Assembly: GCA_902511735.1 (NCBI GenBank)
Contig: CABXGK010000001.1
Span: 1 to 57,894 of the forward strand
Length of the DNA: 57,894 bases
Reading direction: 5' to 3'
From: an uncultured marine group I thaumarchaeote
GTDB lineage: Archaea; Thermoproteota; Nitrososphaeria; Nitrososphaerales; Nitrosopumilaceae
Both the position numbers and the translations under genes were made by a program. The notes below the pieces were generated by a model. The model did not search any database and was not told the DNA's origin. It saw nothing but the letters and a program-made list of their open reading frames with translations. Positions within the stretch are counted from its first letter, which is position 1; every line of letters begins with the position of its first letter. Shown piece after piece: positions 45,346 through 56,031 of this stretch.

Positions 45346-48300
45346 ATGTCTACTTCAGCAAATTATGTTAAAGAAATCAATATTCCTCAAAGTTATTCAG
45401 AATATTATGAAGAATTATCAAAACAGGTCTACAAAGAATTTGAAACCGCAGCAGATGCCAAATCGACGCTTTTAGACTCATCTGGTATCATAGAGCCGAA
45501 AATCGCATTTGATTTAGCCGAACGAGTAGCTAAAATGCATGATATTGATATTGCCACGCCTCTTCGTGAGTTATTAGATAAAACTGGAAAGGAAAATGCT
45601 GCTCTAATAATGTCAAAGGAGATTGCATTAGGAAAGTATCAATCTCCAGATGCAAGTTTAGAAGATAGATTAGATCACGCAGTTCGAGTTGGATTAGCCA
45701 TTGTAACTGAAGGTGTGACAATTGCTCCATTACAAGGAATTAGTGAAATCAAAATTAAAAATAACAAGGATGGTTCTGAATATCTTTCTGTGGCAATTGC
45801 AGGACCAATGAGATCTGCAGGAGGAACAGAATCTGCAGTTACCATGTTAATTGCTGATCATGTGAGACGTGCAGTTGGACTCGAAAAATATCAAGCCGAT
45901 TGTTTTGATGATGAAACTGGACGATTTGTAGAAGAGCTACGAATCTATGAAATTGAAGCAAAGCAAAGTTTTCAATTTCATGTTTCTGATGATGATATCA
46001 AAACCGTAATCTCGCATTTACCTGTCGAACTTGAAGGAGAAGGAACAGACCCTTATGAAGTAGTTAATCACCGTAGCATGACTAGGATTAAAACTGACCG
46101 AGTAAGAGGTGGTGCACTTCGTGTACTAAATGATGGATTAATTGGAAGATCAAAAAAACTGCTGAAACGAATTGAACAATACAATCTAGAAGGATGGGAG
46201 TGGTTGCATGAAATCCAGGGCGCTGTCCAAAAAGGAGAATCTGGTGATGACGCATCTGAAAAACGCATGAAAGAGGTTATCACAGGCAGATCCGTTTTAT
46301 CCATGCCTAACAAGATTGGAGGATTTAGGCTCAGATATGGCCGTGCCTGTAATACAGGCTTTGCAAGTGTAGGTCTGCATCCAGTTATTGCTGAAATTTT
46401 AGATCATACCATTGCTGTGGGGACACAAATCAAATTAGACAAACCTAGCAAGGGTGCAACTGTAGCGTTTGTTGATTCACTTGAAACACCTATTGTCAGG
46501 CTGAAAGGGGGCGAAGTAGTCAAAATTCAAGACACAGAACATGGAATTCAGATCAAACATGATATTGAAAAGATTCTACATCTGGGTGACATTCTAATCA
46601 CGTTTGGTGATTTTCTAGAAAACAATGCAGAATTAATTCCAACACCAATGGTAGAAGAGGTCTGGACCGAATATCTTAAGGCTAAACTTTCTAAAAATGA
46701 CACTCGACTCGAATTTCTAACAAAGACTCCAACGTTTGTCGAAGCTATTTTACTCTCAAAAGAACTGAAAATTCCTCTACACCCAAAATTTCTCTATTAC
46801 TGGGATTTCATAACAATAGATGATCTTAAAGAAATTTCAAATCCAGTTTTGAAATCAGAAAATGAAATTCATTATGAAATTTCAAAAAAACAAATTCTCG
46901 AAAATTTAGGAATCCCACACAAAGTTACAGAGGATAAAATCATCATATCTGGAATAGACGTTCAAATCTTAGATCATTTAGTTTTTGGTACCACTTTAGA
47001 TTTTGATAGTTCTGATTCTGTCTTGGAATTATTAACAAAAAGTACTAAAATTGAAATAAAAAATAAATTTTCAACATCAATTGGCGTTAGAATTGGTAGA
47101 CCTGAAAAAGCGGCTCCTCGTTTAATGAAACCACCAGTTCATGTTCTATTTCCTGTTGCAGAAAAAGGAGGGATGACTCGTGATATTCTAAAAGCATCAG
47201 TAAAATCTGAATCATTTTTCTCAAATCTGAATAATAGACGTTGTAACAATTGTAACATTCCATCAATTGGAATACTTTGTGCAAAATGTGGTAACAAAAC
47301 TACAAAATATTATGTCTGTAGAATTTGTAAAGATGAATTAGAAACACCACATTGTGAAAAATGTAAGCGTGACGCAAATGGATTTTCTTACAAACAATTT
47401 CCACTCAAACAGAGTCTGATTTCGGCACAAGAAAAACTCGGAATACGCGCAAAATCACCGTTTAAAGGCGTAGAACAGCTAATCAACCAAGAAAAAATTC
47501 CTGAACCACTAGAAAAAGGACTGATCAGACAAAACTTTGGATTATCTGTATTCAAAGATGGTACCGTTAGATTTGATGCAACAAACTCGCCTTTAACACA
47601 CTTCAAACTTTCCTGGATTGGAACTACAGTTGATCAAATCAAAAATCTAGGATATGAAAAAGATGTAAACGGAAATCCAATCACAAATGATGAGCAATTA
47701 ATTGAATTGAAGATGCAAGATGTGATTATTCCCTTGGAGAGTGCAGAATATCTTGTGAATGTTTCAAAATACATTGATTTTGAATTACAGAAATTTTTTG
47801 GCAAACAATCATTTTACAATCTGAAAAATACACAGGATCTATTAGGTCATCTAGTAATTGGTCTTGCACCACACACATCAGTTGGAATCACTGGTAGATT
47901 GATTGGTTATACCAAAACTCACGTCTGTTTTGCTAGTCCTATCTGGCACTCGGCAAAACGAAGAGATGCAGATGGTGATGCAGATTCTGTTATGCTCTTA
48001 CTTGATGCATTACTGAACTTTTCAAGACAGTTCCTATCTGATAAAATTGGAGGATTAATGGATGCACCTCTCTTAATTCAACCAATTGTTTTACCACATG
48101 AGGCACAAACTCAAGCACACAACTTTGAGGTTGCAAAAATATTTCCACTCGAATTTTATGAATCAAGTTATAATCATGAAAAATCAGGAGTAATCTCTTC
48201 GATTGAAACACTAGCAATGAGAAAAAATTCAGGTGATGAAAACATCTTTTATGATCATTTCTTTACACATGAAACAACAACTCTAACTTCATCAAAACCA

Positions 48301-48723
48301 CGCAGTGCATATTCAACACTTGAATCAATGGTTGACAAGCTTGACTTACAAATTAGAAATGCAGACATCATAAATGCTGTTGAAACAAGAGATATTGTTT
48401 CATATTTGATTCAGACGCATCTCATACCTGATATTATGGGAAACATTCGCGCATATGCAAAACAAAAATTCCGTTGTACTGCATGTGGTGCAAAGTATAG
48501 ACGAATGCCGTTACTTCAAAAATGTACTTGCGGTCACAAATTATTACAAACAATTACCAGACCATCAATTGAGAAATATCTTCCATTAGCAAAGAAACTA
48601 GTCACAAAATATGATGTAGACCCATATCTAAAAGGAAGAATCATGACGTTATCAGATGAAATTGAACTACTCTTTGGAAAAGGAGACGGTTCACAACAAT
48701 TGTTAACTGATTTTGTAAATTAA
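45346..48723 (+). CDS. polC: DNA polymerase II (PolD) large subunit DP2
   Basis: TEGVTIAP, AGPMRSAGGT, GFRLRYGR, RIGRPEKA, KDGTVRFD, catalytic KRRDADGDAD, C-terminal Zn finger. Confidence 0.96.
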   Translation: MSTSANYVKEINIPQSYSEYYEELSKQVYKEFETAADAKSTLLDSSGIIEPKIAFDLAERVAKMHDIDIATPLRELLDKTGKENAALIMSKEIALGKYQSPDASLEDRLDHAVRVGLAIVTEGVTIAPLQGISEIKIKNNKDGSEYLSVAIAGPMRSAGGTESAVTMLIADHVRRAVGLEKYQADCFDDETGRFVEELRIYEIEAKQSFQFHVSDDDIKTVISHLPVELEGEGTDPYEVVNHRSMTRIKTDRVRGGALRVLNDGLIGRSKKLLKRIEQYNLEGWEWLHEIQGAVQKGESGDDASEKRMKEVITGRSVLSMPNKIGGFRLRYGRACNTGFASVGLHPVIAEILDHTIAVGTQIKLDKPSKGATVAFVDSLETPIVRLKGGEVVKIQDTEHGIQIKHDIEKILHLGDILITFGDFLENNAELIPTPMVEEVWTEYLKAKLSKNDTRLEFLTKTPTFVEAILLSKELKIPLHPKFLYYWDFITIDDLKEISNPVLKSENEIHYEISKKQILENLGIPHKVTEDKIIISGIDVQILDHLVFGTTLDFDSSDSVLELLTKSTKIEIKNKFSTSIGVRIGRPEKAAPRLMKPPVHVLFPVAEKGGMTRDILKASVKSESFFSNLNNRRCNNCNIPSIGILCAKCGNKTTKYYVCRICKDELETPHCEKCKRDANGFSYKQFPLKQSLISAQEKLGIRAKSPFKGVEQLINQEKIPEPLEKGLIRQNFGLSVFKDGTVRFDATNSPLTHFKLSWIGTTVDQIKNLGYEKDVNGNPITNDEQLIELKMQDVIIPLESAEYLVNVSKYIDFELQKFFGKQSFYNLKNTQDLLGHLVIGLAPHTSVGITGRLIGYTKTHVCFASPIWHSAKRRDADGDADSVMLLLDALLNFSRQFLSDKIGGLMDAPLLIQPIVLPHEAQTQAHNFEVAKIFPLEFYESSYNHEKSGVISSIETLAMRKNSGDENIFYDHFFTHETTTLTSSKPRSAYSTLESMVDKLDLQIRNADIINAVETRDIVSYLIQTHLIPDIMGNIRAYAKQKFRCTACGAKYRRMPLLQKCTCGHKLLQTITRPSIEKYLPLAKKLVTKYDVDPYLKGRIMTLSDEIELLFGKGDGSQQLLTDFVN

Positions 48724-50039
48724 CGTAATTTTACGTATTCGTAGGCACCAAGTTTGTTATCAAAACAATACTGTGTCTTTTTGAAATCTGTTTTGAATTC
48801 TTTAACACGAGCTGCAATTTCTCCTGCATCTTTTTTATCAACAACAACTTGTTTTAACAAAGATGCAATTTCTTTCATTTCGGACTCTTTCATACCTAGA
48901 CGAGTAATCTCCGATGTTCCCAAACGAATTCCACCTGGGTGCATATAGTGACGATTTGCTTTCAAATCTCCAGGAATTAACTGACGGTTCACGATGATGT
49001 TTGCTTTTTCTAAATCAGCTTCAATTGTTCCACCATCACCATAATCTAAAACGTTAACAACTGTTTGATGTGATTCTGTGTAACCTCTCTTTTCACCTAA
49101 TACTTTGAATCCTAAATTGTTTAATTCTGAAGCTAACACTTTTGCATTCCTGATTGTCTGTTCTGCATAATCTTTTCCAAATTCTAACGCTTCTGCAAAT
49201 GCAACAGCTTTTGCACCCATGTGATGAATGTGATGGCTACTTGTTAATCCTGGGAACATTGCTTTTTTAATTGGCTCTGCATGTTCTTCAGATCCTATTA
49301 CTAATCCTCCTTGTGGACCAAACAAAGTTTTGTGTGTACTCATAGTCATTGTATCTGTTCCTTCTCTGAGTGGGTCTTGGAACTTTCCACCTGCAATTAA
49401 TCCTGCAACATGTGCTGCATCATAATTAATGTGCATTCCATGTCCCTTTAGAAATTCTGCTAACTCTTTTACTGGATGTGGAAACAAAAACACTGAACCG
49501 CCAAACATTGCAATTTTTGGTAATTTTCCTTGTGATTTCAAATCTTCAACTTTAGCTTTTGTTTTATCAACATCTAATGTCATTTCTTCTGGATCAAAAG
49601 CAAAGAACTCAATATCTAATCCATGTACTAATCCTGCAGTTCCTGAATGTTCTTTCTTTCCATGTGATATGTGACCTCCAGCAGGAATTGATGATGCAAT
49701 CATTACATCACCTGGATTTGAATAAGCAGAATAAATTGCCAAGTTTGCAACAACTCCTGAAACACTTCTAACATCTGCAAATTCGGCTTTGAATAATTTT
49801 TGTGCTAACTCCATACATTGAATCTCTACTTCATCGATGTAGGTACATCCAGCATAAACTCGTTCACCAGGCCAACCTTCTGCATATCTATTACCAAAAT
49901 CTGACATTACTGCTTCTCTAACTGCTGGACTAGGAATGTTTTCACTAGCAATTAGTGGAATTGAATTTTCAAACCACTCGTGGTGTTTTTCAAGACTGGA
50001 AAAAACCTTATCATACGATTCTTTGTTTGAATCAGCCAT
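48720..50039 (-). CDS. glyA: Serine hydroxymethyltransferase
   Basis: LIASEN, RYAEG, GGHISH, YDAAHVAGL, STHKTLFGPQGG, GIRLGT. Confidence 0.96.
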   Translation of the reverse strand: MADSNKESYDKVFSSLEKHHEWFENSIPLIASENIPSPAVREAVMSDFGNRYAEGWPGERVYAGCTYIDEVEIQCMELAQKLFKAEFADVRSVSGVVANLAIYSAYSNPGDVMIASSIPAGGHISHGKKEHSGTAGLVHGLDIEFFAFDPEEMTLDVDKTKAKVEDLKSQGKLPKIAMFGGSVFLFPHPVKELAEFLKGHGMHINYDAAHVAGLIAGGKFQDPLREGTDTMTMSTHKTLFGPQGGLVIGSEEHAEPIKKAMFPGLTSSHHIHHMGAKAVAFAEALEFGKDYAEQTIRNAKVLASELNNLGFKVLGEKRGYTESHQTVVNVLDYGDGGTIEADLEKANIIVNRQLIPGDLKANRHYMHPGGIRLGTSEITRLGMKESEMKEIASLLKQVVVDKKDAGEIAARVKEFKTDFKKTQYCFDNKLGAYEYVKLR

Positions 50040-50144
50040 GATTTTCAACTCGATTTTCCTAATTTAAGAACAGCGATCTTTCTTCTAATTTTCTAGAAAA
50101 TCTAAGAAGCTAGCTATATATTTTGAAATCTGACGTTTTGATCT

Positions 50145-51839
50145 ATGGCAGCACAAACTCCAAAAGGCAACATGCCGGTTGTAGTTCTCAAAGATGACGC
50201 AAGTCAGGTAAAGGGCAGAGAAGCTCAAAAAAACAATATTGCCGCTGCCAAAATTATTGCCGAAATTGTTCATACTAGTTTAGGTCCAAAAGGAATGGAT
50301 AAGATGCTAGTTGATTCTTTAGGTGATGTTACAATTACAAATGATGGTGCAACAATTCTAAAAGAAATTGATGTTCAACATCCAGCAGCAAAAATGCTAG
50401 TTGAAATTTCAAAAACTACTGATAATGAAGTAGGTGATGGAACTACATCTGCAGTTGTATTAGCTGGTGCATTACTAGAACATGCTGAAACACTTGTCTT
50501 ACAAGATGTACATCCAACAATTATCGTTGATGGATACAGAAAGGCAGGAAGAAAAGCAAAAGAGTTCTTAGATCAAATTGCAGACAAAGTTTCTCCAACA
50601 GATAATGGAGTCTTATTAAAAATTGCAAAAACATCCATGCAAACTAAACTAGTTAGAAAAGATTCTGAACAATTAGCAGACATGATTGTAAAAGCTGTAA
50701 AAGCCGTAGCCGAAAGTAGTGGTGATAAATTCACTGTTGACATTGATGATATTAAAGTAGAAAAGAAAGCAGGCGGTTCCATTAAAGATTCAAAAATTAT
50801 TCAAGGAATTGTTTTGGATAAAGAAATCGTACACTCTGGAATGCCTAAGAAAATTACAGAAGGTAAAATTGCACTCTTAAACGCAGCATTAGAAATTAAC
50901 AAAACTGAAACTGATGCAAAAATTAACATTTCAAATCCACAACAAATGAAAGCATTCTTAGATGAAGAAAATAAAATGCTCAAAACAATGGTTGACAAAG
51001 TTATTGGTTCAGGTGCAAATGTAGTATTATGTCAAAAAGGAATTGATGACATGGCACAACACTATCTATCAAAAGCAGGAATCTTAGCTGTAAGACGTGT
51101 AAAAGAAAGCGATTTATCAAAACTTGCAAAAGCAACAGGCGCAAGAATTGTAACTAATCTAGATGATTTATTTGAAAGAGATTTGGGTTCAGCATCTTCA
51201 ATACAAGAAAAGAAAGTTGAAGAAGACAAATGGGTTTTCGTTGAAGGTTGCAAACATCCAAAATCTGTAACATTACTACTTCGTGCTGGCTCACAAAGAG
51301 TTGTAGATGAAGTAGAACGTTCAGTTCATGATTCACTAATGGTTGTAAGAGATGTAATGGAATTACCATCTGTTGTAGCAGGTGGTGGTGCACCAGAAAC
51401 ATTTGCAGCAACTAAAATTAGAAGCTGGGCTAAATCACTCCAAGGACGTGAACAACTAGCTGCTGAAAAATTCGCTGAAGCCTTAGAAGCAATTCCTTTA
51501 GCATTATCTGAAAATGCAGGAATGGATCCAATTGACACTCTTACACACTTACGTGCAAAACAAATCAAAGGTGAAAAATGGACAGGAATCGACGTTATGA
51601 AAGGTAAAGTTGGAAACTTACAATCAACTGATATTATTGAACCATTAGCAGTAAAACATCAAATTGTTTCAGCTGCAACAGAAGCAGCATGTATGATTTT
51701 AAGAATTGATGATGTAATTGCAACTGCAAAATCTGCAGGACCTCCACCAGGTGCAGAAGGCGGAATGCCTGACATGGGCGGCATGGGTGGAATGCCTGGC
51801 ATGGGCGGCATGGGAATGCCACCTGGAATGGGAATGTAA
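50145..51839 (+). CDS. thsB: Thermosome (group II chaperonin) subunit; alpha/beta assignment uncertain
   Basis: [38 protein letters not shown]-rich tail. Confidence 0.93.
   Translation: MAAQTPKGNMPVVVLKDDASQVKGREAQKNNIAAAKIIAEIVHTSLGPKGMDKMLVDSLGDVTITNDGATILKEIDVQHPAAKMLVEISKTTDNEVGDGTTSAVVLAGALLEHAETLVLQDVHPTIIVDGYRKAGRKAKEFLDQIADKVSPTDNGVLLKIAKTSMQTKLVRKDSEQLADMIVKAVKAVAESSGDKFTVDIDDIKVEKKAGGSIKDSKIIQGIVLDKEIVHSGMPKKITEGKIALLNAALEINKTETDAKINISNPQQMKAFLDEENKMLKTMVDKVIGSGANVVLCQKGIDDMAQHYLSKAGILAVRRVKESDLSKLAKATGARIVTNLDDLFERDLGSASSIQEKKVEEDKWVFVEGCKHPKSVTLLLRAGSQRVVDEVERSVHDSLMVVRDVMELPSVVAGGGAPETFAATKIRSWAKSLQGREQLAAEKFAEALEAIPLALSENAGMDPIDTLTHLRAKQIKGEKWTGIDVMKGKVGNLQSTDIIEPLAVKHQIVSAATEAACMILRIDDVIATAKSAGPPPGAEGGMPDMGGMGGMPGMGGMGMPPGMGM
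51760..51836 (+). repeat. Coding GGM/PGM low-complexity repeats of the chaperonin C-terminus
   Basis: ATGGGCGGCATGGG-type repeats encoding [20 protein letters not shown]. Confidence 0.8.
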
Positions 51840-51881
51840 ATAGCAAAAATTTTAATCAATACAGTATTAGTCTAAATTATC

Positions 51882-52268
51882 ATGGCAAAACATAGAAGAT
51901 TTTCTGATAAACCACAATCAGATCCACTTGAAGAAAATATTGAATCCAAAACCACAAAAGAAATTTTATCAGAAGAAAGTCCTCGTGATTTAAGATCAAT
52001 TGTTCTATCTGGAACAAAATATGCTTACATTATAGGAGCTGTTGCCTTACTTTCTGGAATTTTTACTCCTTTAACATTGGGCATAGAAATTGAAGATGTA
52101 ATTTTTGGAATGCTTTCAATTTTCTTAGGTCTTGTTGGTGGGATAATTATCTTCTTAGGAATTAAATCTCAAAAATATACTACAATGATGGTTTGTGGTG
52201 GATTAGCAATGATGATTGGGTCATTAATTCTAATTTATCAATCAACTAATCATCCATTAATTAATTAA
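51882..52268 (+). CDS. Three-TM hypothetical membrane protein
   Basis: Charged N-terminus and three hydrophobic helices. Confidence 0.65.
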   Translation: MAKHRRFSDKPQSDPLEENIESKTTKEILSEESPRDLRSIVLSGTKYAYIIGAVALLSGIFTPLTLGIEIEDVIFGMLSIFLGLVGGIIIFLGIKSQKYTTMMVCGGLAMMIGSLILIYQSTNHPLIN

Positions 52269-52272
52269 TTTT

Positions 52273-53733
52273 CTAAACATCAAAGTAAAGATAGAACTCA
52301 TGTGGGTGAGGTCTGATTGCAATCTCTCTATGATCTCTTCTTTCTAATTCAATAATTTTATCTAAAACATCATTTTCAAAAATTGGGGTTAGATACTTTC
52401 TGTCACTTTCTAATTCATCTAATGCTCTTCCTAGATTTGCAGGGAGAGTATCAATACCGTGTTTTTTTCTTTCTGATTTTGTCATTTTGTAAATATCTTC
52501 TTTTACTGGATCGCCAGGTTCTATTTTCTTTTTTATTCCATCTAATCCTGCAGCTAAAACAGCTGAAAATACCAAATATGGATTAGAAGCTGGATCAGGT
52601 ACACGATATTCCATTCTTTTCATAAATGCATATTTTTCTCCCTTGAAATGACCTGGAATTCTAATTGTTGCAGAACGATTACTTGAACTCCATGCGATGT
52701 AAACTGGTGCTTCATAACCTGGAACTAATCTGTGGTATGAATTTGTTGTAGGGTTTGTGATGGCAGTTAATCCTTTAGCATGTTCCATTACTCCTCCACA
52801 GAAATAACGGCCAGTTTGGCTCAATTCTAAATCTTCATCTTTATCATAAAATGTATTTTCATCTTTTTTCCATAAACTAACATTTGTGTGCATACCAGAA
52901 CCTGCATCCATTGATATTGGTTTTGGCATCATTGTTGCCACTTTACCAAACTGTTGAGCAACATTTCTTACAACATACTTGTATGATTGTGCACCGTCTG
53001 CAGAATTTGTCATTAAATCATATTTGATATCAATTTCACATTGACCTGCTGTTGCTACTTCATGGTGATGATTATCACATAAAATTCCAAAATTATCATT
53101 CAAAACATCTACACATTCATTTCTAAATGGTGCAAGAGTATCTGATGGTGTACTTGGGTAGTATCCTTCTTGTAATCCCATAGGATAACCTGTTCCTTCT
53201 TGACTCCATGGTGATTCAGATGATTCAATTGAATATGATTGACCTTTGTATGGTGTCAAAACATCCCAGTGAACTTTATCAAATACAAAAAATTCTACTT
53301 CTGGTCCCCAATTACTAAAATCAAATCCTTGTGTCTTGACATATTTTTCTGCTTTTTGGCAAATTCCTCGAGGATCACTTTCAAGACGTCCTCTACCTCC
53401 ACCCCAATAAACATCACAGAGTAATCTAGCTGTCTTTTTTTCTGTAACCCATGGAATAATTGCAAATGTACTTGGGTCTGGTTTTAAAATTAGATCAGAG
53501 TCTGCAATATCTGTGAAACCTACAATTGATGAACCATCTAATTTTGGTAATCCATCTTCCATCTGTTGAGGTGTGAATGTATCTGCTGAAATTGTAGTAT
53601 GATGAAATCTACCTGTTAACCCAGTAAATTGGAGATCTATGAACTTGATACCCTCATGTTTTATTCTAGAGAATACCTCATCTGAAGAATATTTTATTTG
53701 AGTGGCTTTGCCACCTATCACTTTATACGGCAA
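52273..53733 (-). CDS. glnA: Glutamine synthetase type I
   Basis: LDGSSIVGF, GPEVEFF, HHHEVA, MPKP, GSGMH, NSYHRLVPGYEAP, EYRVPDPASNPY; TTG start. Confidence 0.96.
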   Translation of the reverse strand: MPYKVIGGKATQIKYSSDEVFSRIKHEGIKFIDLQFTGLTGRFHHTTISADTFTPQQMEDGLPKLDGSSIVGFTDIADSDLILKPDPSTFAIIPWVTEKKTARLLCDVYWGGGRGRLESDPRGICQKAEKYVKTQGFDFSNWGPEVEFFVFDKVHWDVLTPYKGQSYSIESSESPWSQEGTGYPMGLQEGYYPSTPSDTLAPFRNECVDVLNDNFGILCDNHHHEVATAGQCEIDIKYDLMTNSADGAQSYKYVVRNVAQQFGKVATMMPKPISMDAGSGMHTNVSLWKKDENTFYDKDEDLELSQTGRYFCGGVMEHAKGLTAITNPTTNSYHRLVPGYEAPVYIAWSSSNRSATIRIPGHFKGEKYAFMKRMEYRVPDPASNPYLVFSAVLAAGLDGIKKKIEPGDPVKEDIYKMTKSERKKHGIDTLPANLGRALDELESDRKYLTPIFENDVLDKIIELERRDHREIAIRPHPHEFYLYFDV

Positions 53734-53792
53734 TTTTCTAACTTCAAGCTAAAAGAATTAAACGTAGCATTTAAGATTAACTTTGTATTAAA

Positions 53793-54350
53793 ATGTCAAC
53801 TATTGAATCACTAAATCTAAAAAATCTTCACGTAATTGTACTACATGAATTCCAATCGGATGATATACAAGAACTCGAAAATGAGTTTTTTAGAAATTTA
53901 TCAACTATTATTGGGAAATTAAAAAATGAAGAATATGATGGAATTGAAAAGAAAGCAAAAAATCAGATAATTTCAACAGTCACAAACCTTACTGACCTTT
54001 TAATAAATAAAAGACTAGAAAAAATCTCCAATTCACCAACAATGTCTTATAGCATTTTAACTGATGAAGAAAAATTTGTTATTGATTCAAATGATGAAAT
54101 GAACGAACGAAAAGACATGATAATATCTGGAATAATTAATGGAAAATCAAAATTTTTAGAAACAACCTCTACAAAACATAAAACAAAACCTGTTACGGTA
54201 AGATTTGTAAAAGAATTTGCTGAAATAGTTGGTGTTGATTTAGAAAAATATGGGCCATTCAAACCTGAAGATATAGCAACAATTCCTAATGAGAATGCAC
54301 AAGCGTTAATTTCAAATGGAGTTGCATTGAAAGTTAGAATAGAAGAATAA
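53793..54350 (+). CDS. GINS complex subunit (Gins15/Gins51 type)
   Basis: Helical A domain (RLEKI, LTDEEK) and C-terminal B domain VRFVKE...GVDLEKYGPFKPEDIATIPNENAQAL. Confidence 0.82.
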   Translation: MSTIESLNLKNLHVIVLHEFQSDDIQELENEFFRNLSTIIGKLKNEEYDGIEKKAKNQIISTVTNLTDLLINKRLEKISNSPTMSYSILTDEEKFVIDSNDEMNERKDMIISGIINGKSKFLETTSTKHKTKPVTVRFVKEFAEIVGVDLEKYGPFKPEDIATIPNENAQALISNGVALKVRIEE

Positions 54351-54351
54351 C

Positions 54352-54666
54352 ATGTCTCATCCTGGCTCAGTTGATATAATTGATTTTTTAGCTTTTACAA
54401 TTTATCCTTTCATAGCACTTGGTATTATTGAGTTAATTAGTAGAGGAATCAAACTCTCGTCTTGGAAAAAATTATCAATACAAGGAGTTGCAATGATAAT
54501 TTTATCAATAATTTATGTAGTATCTCCTGCATTGATTGTTACTCGTGAAGGTAATGCACATGTTGAACCATTATGGATGTCAATTGTTGTAATGCTTGCA
54601 TTAGCTGTTACATTATTTTTCCAAGCAAAACGTTCAAAGCTTGATCCTACTAAAGCAGAATATTGA
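54352..54666 (+). CDS. Three-TM hypothetical membrane protein
   Basis: Hydrophobic helices; starts 1 nt after the GINS stop. Confidence 0.62.
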   Translation: MSHPGSVDIIDFLAFTIYPFIALGIIELISRGIKLSSWKKLSIQGVAMIILSIIYVVSPALIVTREGNAHVEPLWMSIVVMLALAVTLFFQAKRSKLDPTKAEY

Positions 54667-54667
54667 A

Positions 54668-54889
54668 TTAACGAAATCTACCGAAAAATCTTTTAAATTT
54701 ACTGGAACCTGGTCCGCCATCTCTAATCACTTTCTTTTCGCCAAACTTTTTTGCTCTAAGTATAGTTAATTTCACACAACGATGATCTTCTGGCAGTCTA
54801 TGTTCATCACAAAATGGATCTTTACAGTATGTGCATTCAAATGGAATGTCTACCATATCTCCACAATATGCACATTTTTCTGGTTTCAT
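54668..54889 (-). CDS. AN1-type zinc finger protein
   Basis: CAYC...PFECTYCKDPFCDEHRLPEDHRC. Confidence 0.88.
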   Translation of the reverse strand: MKPEKCAYCGDMVDIPFECTYCKDPFCDEHRLPEDHRCVKLTILRAKKFGEKKVIRDGGPGSSKFKRFFGRFR

Positions 54890-54919
54890 AATGTAAACTA
54901 GATTTTTTCTCTAATAAAT

Positions 54920-55330
54920 TTACAACATTTTCTCTAAGGCTGTAAAAGTTCTAATTACACATATTCGATATTTTTCAAATTTTTTACTAGTGGTTTTATT
55001 TGCTACTCCAAGATAATTTAATTCTCTAATCCAATTTCCAATACGTTGTTCATTTGGTTCAAGTTTGTGTGCATACCTATTTCTAATTCTAGACATTAAC
55101 TCCACATTTTTCTTTAGATTTCCCTTTATCAAATCGGATTCTGTAAGTATATCCATTTTGAGATTTACTGTAAAAAATGTACTATCAATTGACTTTGAAG
55201 GAATATTGAATTTTTTCTCTAAAATTCTATCTATAGTGTTTTCAATGTACATATGTCCTACCAAAAATAAATCACGCTCATTTGTAGTTTCTAAAATTTT
55301 CTCCAATTTGGCAGAAGAGGTTTTTTTCAT
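54920..55330 (-). CDS. MtlR-like / HEPN-superfamily helical protein
   Basis: ERDLFLVGHMYIE...RIRNRYAH (Rx4H). Confidence 0.55.
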   Translation of the reverse strand: MKKTSSAKLEKILETTNERDLFLVGHMYIENTIDRILEKKFNIPSKSIDSTFFTVNLKMDILTESDLIKGNLKKNVELMSRIRNRYAHKLEPNEQRIGNWIRELNYLGVANKTTSKKFEKYRICVIRTFTALEKML

Positions 55331-55332
55331 GA

Positions 55333-56031
55333 TTATTCAAAATTGATATACGATTCAAGTGTTGCTTGATTAAACACCATTACTGAAAGATCTGAAAACT
55401 CTTTTCCTTCCAATTCTTCTACTGTACCTTCAAAACTAGTCTCATTTTCTGTAGTTATCGACTCGTAGACGTGCACTTTCATTTTTGTAGTATCAAAACC
55501 ATTTTGTTTCAAATATTTTGCAATTTCAGATTGCATGAAGTGTTTTTCTGGAACTTTTGGCCATGGCCTTGGAACAAGTATCACACTAAAACCATCAATG
55601 AGTGCTTTTTGTAACTCTAATTTCTTTTCTTCAATAGATGTTGAAATATGCATAGTAATTACTTTGGATTTGTCTGTTGGAACTCTTGCACGTGATGCAG
55701 CTACTTGTGTTGAACTAATTCCAGGAATGATTTCAACTTCATCATAAATTTCAATTAATCTATCTACAACTTCAGATTCTGAAAAATTTACATCACCTGT
55801 AAATGGAACTAATATTGTGTGATTATCTTCTTCTGCAATTTCTTGATATGCATTTTCTTGGTTTTGCATTGTTACTTCAAGTATTTTTTTATCTTTGACA
55901 TATTCTTCAATTGTTTTTATTGTATATCCATAACCAATTACAACATCACATTGTGATATTGCTTCTTTTACTACATCTGTAACATATTTTGGTGATCCTG
56001 GACCTACTCCTACAGCAAAAACTTTATTCAT
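55333..56031 (-). CDS. cbiE: Cobalt-precorrin-7 C5-methyltransferase CbiE
   Basis: VGVGPGSPKY, FTGDVNFS, IPGISSTQVAA, VYESIT, FSDLSVM. Confidence 0.8.
   Translation of the reverse strand: MNKVFAVGVGPGSPKYVTDVVKEAISQCDVVIGYGYTIKTIEEYVKDKKILEVTMQNQENAYQEIAEEDNHTILVPFTGDVNFSESEVVDRLIEIYDEVEIIPGISSTQVAASRARVPTDKSKVITMHISTSIEEKKLELQKALIDGFSVILVPRPWPKVPEKHFMQSEIAKYLKQNGFDTTKMKVHVYESITTENETSFEGTVEELEGKEFSDLSVMVFNQATLESYINFE

Noticed and set aside
45346-48723. Intein in PolD DP2 or Cdc6
   Set aside because: Lengths are normal, catalytic motifs are contiguous and no intein signatures are visible.
53734-53792. NrpR operator upstream of glnA
   Set aside because: No GGAA-N6-TTCC in the intergenic region.
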